This document shows positions 37,695-46,550 of a stretch of DNA of 64,000 bases, piece by piece; the stretch's first letter is position 1; each line of letters opens with the position of its first letter. Both the position numbers and the translations under genes were made by a program. A model generated the notes under the pieces. That model was not told where the DNA came from and did no database searches. It saw only the letters and a list, made by a program, of their open reading frames with translations. The stretch covers positions 166,253 to 230,252 of the forward strand of contig NZ_JMCB01000020.1 of NCBI RefSeq assembly GCF_000737315.1, read 5' to 3'. Origin of the DNA: Hyalangium minutum. Lineage in GTDB: Bacteria > Myxococcota > Myxococcia > Myxococcales > Myxococcaceae.

Positions 37695-38773
37695 GGGGTC
37701 CCAAGACGCTGAGTGCCCGGTTGACGCTCTTCTTCGCCGGGGCTGTTCTGGGCACCATCCTTCTTCATGGCGGGTTGGTGGCCACGGTCCTCATCAGCGT
37801 GGAGTGGCTCGAGCGGCGCGCAGCCCCTCCGGGAGCGCCAGAGGATAGCCTTTTCGACGAGCTCGGGCCTGTGCTCGGCGCCCTGGCCTTCACGGCGCCA
37901 TTCACCGTACTCGGTGCAGCGGCGCTCGGGCGTGCGTTGGCACGGCAAGCCTTGGCTCCCATGCGCGAGGCCAGCACGCGCACCCGCGCCGCACGCGCCT
38001 CGGCATTCGACCTGAGCCTTCCTGTCCGGGGCTCTGGAGATGAGTGGGACGAGCTTGCCTCCACGCTCAACGCGCTCCTTTCGGACGCACGCAGTGCATA
38101 TGAGCGCACCCGCCGCTTTACCTCGGACGCCGCACATGAGCTGCGTACACCTCTGACCATCATCATGGGAGAGACAGAGGTTGTCCTGCGTCGTGAGCGC
38201 GCGGCGGAGGAGTATCGCCGCTCGCTGGAGGTCATTCAGGCGGAGAGCCGCGGGCTCTCGGAGCTGGTGGAGGCGCTGCTCACCCTGGCGCGCGCGGATG
38301 CCGGCCAGCTCGTGACGGCGGGAGAGGCTGTGGACCTGTATCTGCTCGCCCAGAAAGCCACCCAGCGGGCCGAGCGGCTGCTGGCGGTGCAGGCCCGTAC
38401 CGTGCAAGTCGAGCTCTCGGGGACCTCCGCGCTGGTTCGCGGTGATCCCGTGCTCTTGGCCCGGGTGCTGGACAACCTCCTGTCCAATGCGCTCCGGCAC
38501 TGCCAGGGGCGGGTCCGTATCGAAGTCCGTACTGCCGAAGAGGGCGCGCAGGTGAGCGTGGTGGACAACGGTCCCGGCGTCGAGCCCTCCTTCGCGCCAC
38601 GGCTCTTTCAGCGCTTCGCGCGAGCCGACACCATGCGTGGGCAGGAAGGAACGGGGCTTGGGCTAGCGCTCTCACGCACCCTCATCGAAGCACACGGCGG
38701 AGCCCTCACTTACTCTTGCTCTCCGGCGGGCGAGAGTGTCTTCACCGTCTGCCTCCCGGTGCTCCCAGAGTAA
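37691..38773 (+). CDS. Sensor histidine kinase with HAMP domain and short extracytoplasmic loop
   Basis: Two close TMs; DAAHELRTPL, NLLSNALRH, DNGPG, GTGLGL; GTGA overlap with the regulator. Confidence 0.9.
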   Translation: MRGPKTLSARLTLFFAGAVLGTILLHGGLVATVLISVEWLERRAAPPGAPEDSLFDELGPVLGALAFTAPFTVLGAAALGRALARQALAPMREASTRTRAARASAFDLSLPVRGSGDEWDELASTLNALLSDARSAYERTRRFTSDAAHELRTPLTIIMGETEVVLRRERAAEEYRRSLEVIQAESRGLSELVEALLTLARADAGQLVTAGEAVDLYLLAQKATQRAERLLAVQARTVQVELSGTSALVRGDPVLLARVLDNLLSNALRHCQGRVRIEVRTAEEGAQVSVVDNGPGVEPSFAPRLFQRFARADTMRGQEGTGLGLALSRTLIEAHGGALTYSCSPAGESVFTVCLPVLPE

Positions 38774-40343
38774 TTTCGGGTGGGCGCTCAGCGGCTTGCC
38801 CCGTGAGATGCCACTGCGAGCAGTACCAAAGGTGGAAGGTCGTCACGGCTCGCTCGCCCCGGTGTACCGTGACGGGAGGGAGTTCTCGTACTGCCCCGCA
38901 GTGAGCCGGCAGGCGCGTGGCCGCGTCGCGGAGCGGTTGCCGGGCATCCGCCACGACGATCGCGTCCTGGCCACGGCCCACGCGGTCGATCCAGAAGTCA
39001 TAGGCAAGCCCCGGACCGCCCAGCGCCGTGTCCGATTGGGTCTCGGGGTGGTCTGGCAGGTAGAAGGCCAGCTCGCTCGCCGTCTTGTAGCTCCAGCCCA
39101 CCACCAGTGGTTGTGTCCCTTCGGAGCCCGCCTGCTCGCGAAAGCGCTGAACATGGCTGGCCAGTTCGCGCCAGCCGCTCACCAGGTTGTCACGCTCTCG
39201 GAACGGAATGAGGGGCCACAGCGGCATCAGGTACATGCCCAAGACGAGCAGGGCGCCAACGCCCATGGAGGCGAGCCCATAGCCCAGCCGCCCACCCCGC
39301 TGCCGAGACTCGTACCAACCGGACGCGGCTGCGACCAGAAGGCCGAGATAGGCAGGCGCCACCCAGTTCATCTTCACCCAGTGACAGGGACTCACCACCG
39401 TGAAGAGCACAAGCCCCGGCACGCTGGAGAGACACAACAGCCGGGCTCTTGGGTCATCCAAGAGTGAGCGGCGCACAAGGAGCGCCGCCGTGAAGAGGAG
39501 CTCCAGGTAGAGGAGCGGTCCCACGGCGACGGCCTGCAACCCGAAGTACCGCCCGGCGAGGTGGGGCTGAAAGCCGGTCACGGACTGGAGCCGGCCTTGC
39601 GTCTGGAAGCTGAAGGATGCCCAGGCGTGCTGGGCGTTCCAGATGAAGACGGGAGAGAAGACCGCCAGCGCCAGGACGAGGCCGAGGTAGGGATGAGGGA
39701 GGCGGAGGGCGGCGCGGCCGCGAGGAAGCAGCAGCGCCGTCACGAGGATCTGCGGCGGCAGCAAGGCGGCGGTGTACTTCGACAGCATCGCCAGCCCGCA
39801 GAGCAGTCCTAGCAGGTACCAGCGGAATCCGGCCCGGCCAGCCCCCGCTCCGTCCGGCAGGACCAGTTCACAGAGCACCCGGAGCGCCGCCGCCCAGAAG
39901 AGCACGAGAGGGACGTCGGGGGTCATCACCACAGCGCCCAGCCCCAAGAGCACGGTGGTGTTGGCAGCCAGCGCCGTGAGCGCTCCCACCGCGGGCGAAT
40001 ACAGACGGGCCCCGAGCGAATAGAGCACCCACGTCAGGAGGGCACCCGACACCACCGCGGGCAGGCGAACACCCAGCTCCGTCACGCCGATCAGTCTCAC
40101 GGACAAGGCAATCAGCCATGCGCTCATCGGCGGATGATCGAAGTACGACAGCTCCAAATGGCGGGAGTACTGCCAATAGTACGCCTCCTGAGGAGCGAGC
40201 TCCACCAGGGACGCGTAGAAGAGCCGGAGCACGGCCAGGACACAGCTCGCGAGCAGGACCCAGCGCCCCCACGAGGGAGCGGCGAGGGGTGGAGCCGTGA
40301 AGGCCCGCGGAGATGGCCCTGACCGCTTCATTGCGTGCTCCAC
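38742..40343 (-). CDS. Glycosyltransferase family 39 (ArnT/PMT-like)
   Basis: EAYYWQYSRHL..SYFDHPP, TPD, GLAMLSKYT, WNAQH.W; multi-pass. Confidence 0.85.
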   Translation of the reverse strand: MEHAMKRSGPSPRAFTAPPLAAPSWGRWVLLASCVLAVLRLFYASLVELAPQEAYYWQYSRHLELSYFDHPPMSAWLIALSVRLIGVTELGVRLPAVVSGALLTWVLYSLGARLYSPAVGALTALAANTTVLLGLGAVVMTPDVPLVLFWAAALRVLCELVLPDGAGAGRAGFRWYLLGLLCGLAMLSKYTAALLPPQILVTALLLPRGRAALRLPHPYLGLVLALAVFSPVFIWNAQHAWASFSFQTQGRLQSVTGFQPHLAGRYFGLQAVAVGPLLYLELLFTAALLVRRSLLDDPRARLLCLSSVPGLVLFTVVSPCHWVKMNWVAPAYLGLLVAAASGWYESRQRGGRLGYGLASMGVGALLVLGMYLMPLWPLIPFRERDNLVSGWRELASHVQRFREQAGSEGTQPLVVGWSYKTASELAFYLPDHPETQSDTALGGPGLAYDFWIDRVGRGQDAIVVADARQPLRDAATRLPAHCGAVRELPPVTVHRGERAVTTFHLWYCSQWHLTGQAAERPPEITLGAPGGRR

Positions 40344-40465
40344 TTCCAGGCGCTCGAACGTCCGCGCACCGGTCTCAGAGGGACAGCGATGATTGATGCC
40401 GGTTGCCAGCCCCTGGCGCCATCTCTCTCCAGGAGCATGAGGGCCTTCTCATCTGATCCTCATGC

Positions 40466-43400
40466 TCAGGACACCTGCGGCCCGCGCTCGCGCCTGCGGA
40501 CCAGCACATAAGCGGGGGGGAGTCCCAGCAGCACCACCAGCGTGGAGATGGATAGCCCCCCCAGGACGGTGATGGCGAGCGGGCGCTGCAGCTCCGCGCC
40601 CTCGCCCAGCCCGAGCGCCAGAGGAACGAGCCCGAGCAGCGTCGCCAGTGTCGTCATCAGGATGGGGCGCAGGCGCACGGCCGCCGCGCGTTCGACCGCC
40701 TCGCGTGCTCCGAACCCTTCCTCACGCTCCTTCTCCGCGTGGTCGAGCAGCAGGATGCCGTTCTTCACGACGAGGCCGACCAACAGGATGGAACCCATCA
40801 ACGAGGAGACATTGAGCGGCACACCCGTGAGGCGCAGGATCGCCAGCCCCGAGACGAGAGCGACCGGCGCCACCCCCAAGATAAGCAGCGGGAGCACCAG
40901 GCTGCGGAAGTGGAACGTCAAGATGAGGAAGACGCCGAACGTGGCGAGCGCGAGAACGAGCAGCAGCCCACGAAAGGACGCTTGTTGGCTGTCGCGCTGC
41001 CCCCCTACGCGCAGCTCTACCCCTTCCGGAGGCTTCAGGTCCGCGAGCCGTGCTTGCACGTCCGCCGTCACGCTGCCCAGATCCCGGCTCTCCAGCCGCC
41101 CAGTCACGGGGACGAGCGGGCGCAAGTTCTCAGACAGCAGCTCCGCGGGTAGGCACTTCCGCCGGAGCTGGGCCACCTGAGACAACGGAGCCGTGGTGCC
41201 GGAGGGCGTCCTCAGCCGGAGCTGTTCGAGGACCTGAGCATCAAGACGATCCTCATCGCGCAGGCGCACCCGTACGTTCACCCACCGGCCGGTGCGGGGA
41301 ATCGCGCTCACCACCTGCCCGAGCAAGGCCGTGCGGACCTGGGCCGTCACCTCTTGCGCGGTGAGTCCAGCCCGGCCCGCGGATGCGAGCTGGAGCTCCA
41401 GGTGGATCTCCGGCGTGCACCCCGAGACGCCATCATAGAGGTCCACCAAGCCGGGGATGTCCTGCAGGCGCTCGGCCACCTGCGGCGCGAAGCTCCGGAG
41501 CACGCTGACATCCTCACCCTGGAGCTTGACCTCGATCGGGTCGGGATTTCCCTCCAGATCGGAGAGCACATCCTGCAGCAGCTCGATGAATTCCACCCGG
41601 ACGCCCGGAGCTACTGACTCCACGCGCGTGCGGGCCTCCTCGATGACTTGCGGTCCGGAGCGAGTACGGCGGTGTTTCAGCTCCACCGTGATGTCCCCCA
41701 CGTAGGACTCGGTGGCCGCGGGGGGGCCCAGCTCCGCGCCGAGGCGCCTGCTGGTACTTGCGACCTCTGGCAAGGCCGCGACGGCTGCTTCTATCTGCCG
41801 CCCGAGCCGGTCCGCTTCGTTGAGCGAGGTGCCGGTGGGCGTGAAGTAATCCACCACGAACGCGCCCTCGTCGAGCTCGGGAAGGAAGCCGGTCCCCACG
41901 CCGCTGGCGATCCCAGCGAACAGCACCGTGATTGCTGCCCCCACCGCCACCGTCCGCCACGGCCGTGAGAGCAGCCGTGAGAGCACGCGGTCATAGAGAC
42001 CTCGAGGAGTCCGCGCATGAGTGGCCTGGGGCAGGAGCAGCCAGCCGCACAGCAGCGGTGTCAGCGTGACTGCCACCGCGAGGGAGATCAGCACCGCAGC
42101 TGAGAGCGTGAACGCGAGCGCGGCGAAGAACTGGCCAGAGACGCCCGACAACAGCGACAGCGGCGCGAAGACCACGACCGTGGTGAGCGTGGAGTTGGTC
42201 ACGGGCCATGCAATCTCCCGAAGGGCGTCGGCCGTCGCAGCCCATCTCTCCATTCCGCTGGTGACACGGCGGTACACGGCCTCAACCACCACGACCGCGT
42301 CGTCCACGACGAGCCCAATCGCCACGGCGAGTCCGCCGAGCGACATGAGATTCATCGTTCCCCCCGAGAGCTCCAGGGCGGCACAGGTCATGAGCAGGGT
42401 GACGGGGAGCGCGGCCGCCGCGGCGACCATCGCTCGCCAGGATCTCAGGAAGAGTCCCACCACGATGAGCGTGAGGAGTCCTCCCAGCGCCACGGCGTCA
42501 CGCACGTTCCTCACGGACCGGGCGATGAGACCGGCCTGATCATAGGTGACGAGCACTTCGATGCCTGGAGGCAGCCCCGCCCGTATGCTCTCTAGCTCCG
42601 TGCGGATCGCCTGGGCCAGCGCGATGGCGTCAGCCCCGGGCCGCCGTCCGATGTTGACCAGCGCCGCGGGCTTGCCGTTGGCGGAGGTGAGGGACAAGCG
42701 ATCGGCGCGCCCCTCCTCCACGCGCGCCACGTCCCCCAGCAGGACCGGTGACTCGGGGCTGCCCCCCACCATGATCTGGGAGAGCAAGTCGAGGTCTTCC
42801 ACCGGTCCCTGGACCACCACCAGCTCTTGCCGGTAGTGGACGTCCAGCCGGCCCACGGGCTCGAGCTTGAGCGCGTCCGCCACCGCGCTGGCCAGCCGGG
42901 ACATGTCGAGCTGCGCTTGCTCCAGGCGCACGGGATCGACGGTGATCTCCACCTCTCGCGTGTCGCCACCGATGACGTCCACGCGGCCTACGCCCGGCAA
43001 GCCCGCCATCCGTGGGCGCAAGGTATAGAGCGCGAAGTCGCGCAGTTGTACGGGCTGCGCCGTGCCTGTTACCGCGAGCGTCTGGATGGGGAAGGACGAA
43101 GGGGTCAACCGCTCGGCAGTGAGGGTGACTTCCTGTGGAAGCTCTCCCCGGAGCTCGGCGAGCCGTGCGTTGATGAGGCTCAGCGCCTGGTCCATGTCGG
43201 CGCCGGGATCGAACCAGAGCGACACCTCCGACGCAGCCCGGATGGTTCTCGAGCGGACCCGCTGTACGCCCAAGACCGTGGATAGGCCCTCCTCCACGGG
43301 GCGTGTCACCGACAGCTGCATCGTCTCCGCGCTGGCGCCGGACAGGGTCGCCGCGACGACGACGCGCGGAAAGGACACCTCTGGATAGAGCCCTCCTGGC

Positions 43401-43495
43401 AGCGTGACCAGCGAGATGCCGCCGAAGACGCAGAGGGCCACCGCCAGCGCGGCCAGCCCGGGGGCGTGCCGCCGCAGAAACCCCACCAGGCTCAA
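40466..43495 (-). CDS. RND efflux permease (AcrB/CusA superfamily)
   Basis: GLVVDDAVVVVE (TM4), VKNGILL (TM10), RLRPILMT; TTG start overlapping the MFP stop. Confidence 0.92.
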   Translation of the reverse strand: MSLVGFLRRHAPGLAALAVALCVFGGISLVTLPGGLYPEVSFPRVVVAATLSGASAETMQLSVTRPVEEGLSTVLGVQRVRSRTIRAASEVSLWFDPGADMDQALSLINARLAELRGELPQEVTLTAERLTPSSFPIQTLAVTGTAQPVQLRDFALYTLRPRMAGLPGVGRVDVIGGDTREVEITVDPVRLEQAQLDMSRLASAVADALKLEPVGRLDVHYRQELVVVQGPVEDLDLLSQIMVGGSPESPVLLGDVARVEEGRADRLSLTSANGKPAALVNIGRRPGADAIALAQAIRTELESIRAGLPPGIEVLVTYDQAGLIARSVRNVRDAVALGGLLTLIVVGLFLRSWRAMVAAAAALPVTLLMTCAALELSGGTMNLMSLGGLAVAIGLVVDDAVVVVEAVYRRVTSGMERWAATADALREIAWPVTNSTLTTVVVFAPLSLLSGVSGQFFAALAFTLSAAVLISLAVAVTLTPLLCGWLLLPQATHARTPRGLYDRVLSRLLSRPWRTVAVGAAITVLFAGIASGVGTGFLPELDEGAFVVDYFTPTGTSLNEADRLGRQIEAAVAALPEVASTSRRLGAELGPPAATESYVGDITVELKHRRTRSGPQVIEEARTRVESVAPGVRVEFIELLQDVLSDLEGNPDPIEVKLQGEDVSVLRSFAPQVAERLQDIPGLVDLYDGVSGCTPEIHLELQLASAGRAGLTAQEVTAQVRTALLGQVVSAIPRTGRWVNVRVRLRDEDRLDAQVLEQLRLRTPSGTTAPLSQVAQLRRKCLPAELLSENLRPLVPVTGRLESRDLGSVTADVQARLADLKPPEGVELRVGGQRDSQQASFRGLLLVLALATFGVFLILTFHFRSLVLPLLILGVAPVALVSGLAILRLTGVPLNVSSLMGSILLVGLVVKNGILLLDHAEKEREEGFGAREAVERAAAVRLRPILMTTLATLLGLVPLALGLGEGAELQRPLAITVLGGLSISTLVVLLGLPPAYVLVRRRERGPQVS

Positions 43496-44580
43496 CGCAC
43501 CACCTCCACTTCGGTCCCTTCGGGCAACGAGTAGCCCCCCTCCACGATGACGCTCTCACCGCCCTTGAGCGGCCCCGTCACCACCGCCTGACCCTCCTCC
43601 TCCGAGAGCACCGTGACTGGCAGGAGGTGCACCTTGCCCGCTTCGATCTCCGCTACGCCCAGCCCACCGTCCTCCAGAGGGAGAAGCGCAGTGGAGGGCA
43701 CCGTCACCGCTCCGCTCTCCTCGCCCGTGATGATGCGAGCCCGGCCGAGGCTGCCGATCCGCAGCTCCGCCGACGGATTGGGAAAGCGGCAGCGAACCAG
43801 GACGTTGCCGTTTTGCGCGTTGATGGAGGGTGAGACGCGGAGCACCTCACCGGTAGCCTCATGGCTGACAGCGTCTGGCAGTCCCTCGACGCTCAACGTC
43901 GCACGCATGCCAGAGCGGATGCGCGCGGCTTGTGCGGGTGTTACGAACGCGCGGAGTTCCAGTGGGTCGATCTCCGCCACTTGGACGACGGGCTGGCTGG
44001 TGCCGTCCACCACCTCTCCTTGCCGGATGAACACGGCCGTCACGACTCCGGCAAAGGGGGCCTTGAACTCGCTGTAGCCCACCTTGCGGCGAGCCAGATC
44101 GAGAGCGGCGCGGGCGCGCTGCTCCGCGGCTCGTGCAGCCACCTCGGCGGCGCGAGCCTGCTCTACTTCCTCCCTCGCCGCGACCCCGTGCTCCAAGAGC
44201 ACCTCGGACCTCGCGCGCTTGGACTCCGCCGCCTGCGTGGCGGCCCTGGCCTCTTGGGCGGTCGCCTCTGCCTGCAGGTACTCGTCGGACACAGGCCCTG
44301 TCTCCACCTCTCCGAGCACCTGGCCTGCCCGGACCACATCCCCCTCGGAGACCTGGAGCCTGGCGAGCCTGCCAGGCACGAGAGGCCCCAGCTTGACGTC
44401 CCGGCCCGGTGGCGCGGCGAGCACGCCGGTTGCCGTCACGGCCTGTGCGGCGGGGCCCTGTCGCACCAGCCCCTCGCGTACCCGGGGGAGAGGAGGGGGC
44501 TCGCCCCCCGCCGGACGAGCCTCCTGGCAGGCGGCAGTGGCCCCAACACAGAGGAGGCAGCATACGAGGCTAGTTCTCAT
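43492..44580 (-). CDS. RND periplasmic adaptor (MFP) lipoprotein
   Basis: Lipobox TAAC; G...L.V.EGD.V..GQ.L, KAPFAGVV. Confidence 0.88.
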   Translation of the reverse strand: MRTSLVCCLLCVGATAACQEARPAGGEPPPLPRVREGLVRQGPAAQAVTATGVLAAPPGRDVKLGPLVPGRLARLQVSEGDVVRAGQVLGEVETGPVSDEYLQAEATAQEARAATQAAESKRARSEVLLEHGVAAREEVEQARAAEVAARAAEQRARAALDLARRKVGYSEFKAPFAGVVTAVFIRQGEVVDGTSQPVVQVAEIDPLELRAFVTPAQAARIRSGMRATLSVEGLPDAVSHEATGEVLRVSPSINAQNGNVLVRCRFPNPSAELRIGSLGRARIITGEESGAVTVPSTALLPLEDGGLGVAEIEAGKVHLLPVTVLSEEEGQAVVTGPLKGGESVIVEGGYSLPEGTEVEVVR

Positions 44581-45778
44581 CGAGAGCGGCTCCGGCAGCG
44601 AGTTCCAGCGCGGCGAAAGCAGCCTGCGCGTTGAAGGACGCCTCGATGGCCTGTGCGCGGGTGTCCGTGGCTGCGCGCCGGGCGTCGTTGAGAGAGGCCA
44701 GCGCACTTCGTCCGGCGCGGTAAGACTCCAGGGCCATTCGCTCCGTGGCCTCGGTGGCCGGCAGGATGTCCGCCGAGAAGCGCTCGAGCGCCGCGAGGGC
44801 CGCGCCGAGCCGCTGATGTGCCGCGACGAGTTCCGACAACCTGCGCTGGCGGTCGTCCGCCGCGAGGACATGGGCTACGCGCAACGAGGCCTCCGCCCGA
44901 TCGAGCTCCCCGCGCCCCAGGCCTGGCACCGGCACCTCGAAGTCGAGCGAGCCTCGGAGAAAGACACTTGCGCCCCGAGGCCCTTCACCTTCCGCCGCGA
45001 CACCCAGGCTGGGAGCGGGCCAGCGCTCCAGGCGAGCCGCCCGGAGCGTTGCCTCCGCGGCCAGGATGTCTGCTTGCCTTGCCTGCGCAAGGGGGGCTTG
45101 GCTTGCGCGGGAGAGGATTTCCTCGAGCGAGAGGAGCCGGGGCGGAGGGCCAGACACGGGCTGCAGCAGGCGGCGAGGATCACGTCCCAGGAGGAGAGCC
45201 AACTCGGCGGAGAGTGCCCCTACTTCTCCCTGCTGTGTCAGCAGCTGCGCCTCGGCGGAGGCGCGGGCAAGCCTGGCCTGCACGAGATCCAACTCTGGTG
45301 CGGCTCCGGTCTGGAAGCGCAGCTGGGCTGCCTCTTCGGCCTCACGGGCAATCGCCAGCGCGCGGCTGGCGGTGTTGGCGAGCTGCGTGGCGCGGAGCAG
45401 CGAGAAGTACGCCCGTCTCGCTTCTGCTCGGGACTGGACCTCGCTCGCGTGCCGCTCACCCTGGGCGCTGTGCACGCCGTGCTCGGCGGCGCGGACGCGG
45501 GCTGCCCGTGCGCCGGGGATGGGGAGCCGCTGGGAGATACCCGCCGACCAGTGGGGATCGTTCCACCCTCCTCCCAGCGACACCGCCAGCGGCGCCAGCG
45601 TCCGGGCTCCTTCCACCTCTCCCTGGGCCACAGCTTCCCGGGCGCGTGCTTCGGACACGCCCGGGGCCTTGGCGGCAGCCTCGGCCAGCGCGGCCTTCAA
45701 TGGCAGCTCTTCCGGGGCCTTTGCGAGCACTCCGCTCTTCAGGACGATGATGAGTGATGCGATGCTGGCAAGGTGCAT
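44570..45778 (-). CDS. TolC-family outer membrane factor
   Basis: Helical repeats, F..GAAPELDLVQA, Y..G..AL; first gene of the OMF-MFP-RND operon. Confidence 0.85.
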   Translation of the reverse strand: MHLASIASLIIVLKSGVLAKAPEELPLKAALAEAAAKAPGVSEARAREAVAQGEVEGARTLAPLAVSLGGGWNDPHWSAGISQRLPIPGARAARVRAAEHGVHSAQGERHASEVQSRAEARRAYFSLLRATQLANTASRALAIAREAEEAAQLRFQTGAAPELDLVQARLARASAEAQLLTQQGEVGALSAELALLLGRDPRRLLQPVSGPPPRLLSLEEILSRASQAPLAQARQADILAAEATLRAARLERWPAPSLGVAAEGEGPRGASVFLRGSLDFEVPVPGLGRGELDRAEASLRVAHVLAADDRQRRLSELVAAHQRLGAALAALERFSADILPATEATERMALESYRAGRSALASLNDARRAATDTRAQAIEASFNAQAAFAALELAAGAALDEN

Positions 45779-45976
45779 CGGCTTCTCTCGGAGAAGAAAC
45801 GCGCGGTGGCTGTAACACGCGCCATTCCAGCGTTGAATCCGATGAGAGATTTCTCATCCTCCACCCAACTCAGTGACACCTCGGGGTGTTGAGGAGCCTT
45901 CTCATGGGCCACGTGTGAGAGTCTTCTCATTTGCGGCTCAGGCCTCATTTACCTGGAAAGGACATCGTGCTCGCTC

Positions 45977-46498
45977 ATGCACGAGGCAGGTGGGCAACTC
46001 CTCTTCGCGGGCTGGATGGTCGATTGGTATTACGCGAGTGTTGTCCCTACAACTGCCAGCGGCAGTTCACTGCGAGTCCGCAGCTACCAGGGCTCTCGGC
46101 CTGCTCACACCGAGCTCACCTGGAAGGGGCCGGCACTTCGGGACACTGGCTACAAGGTTCGAGAGGAGCTCTCCACGGTGGTCGCGGAGGAGCAGGCCCT
46201 GATGGAAATCTTGCAACGGCTTGGATTCACAGTGACGCGAATCCTGGAGCGCGAGGTGATCCAATATTCGTGCGCTGGAGCCCTGATTCGCTTCGAGCAG
46301 TTTCCATTGATGGACACGCTCGTCGAGGTGGAAGGTGAACCCGAGTCCATTGAGCGTGTCATCCAGTGGATGGGGCTTCCGCGAGCCGGCTTCACCTCGG
46401 AACCCCTGGCGAAATTTGTCAGCCGTTTCGAGGAGCGCACAGGGCGAAACGCGCTGCTCGCGCGGTCACACCTCATGGCCCACGCGCCGGTGGCTTGA
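45977..46498 (+). pseudogene. CYTH-domain (class IV adenylate cyclase-like) protein, apparently N-terminally truncated
   Basis: LRVR, LTWKGP, K.REE, LGF, VEVEG motifs present; the family N-terminal ExExK motif is absent in frame. Confidence 0.55.
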
Positions 46499-46550
46499 TC
46501 TGTTGATGTTCAGAACACTGCCGAGACACGGCGGCCACTGGCAGCTTTCG

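Noticed and set aside
11552-46498. A polyphosphate/nucleotide theme (Ap4A phosphorylase, ppx, ppk1, CYTH)
   Set aside because: Genes are scattered over 35 kb in unrelated transcription units; only ppk1-ppx is a real, well-known pair
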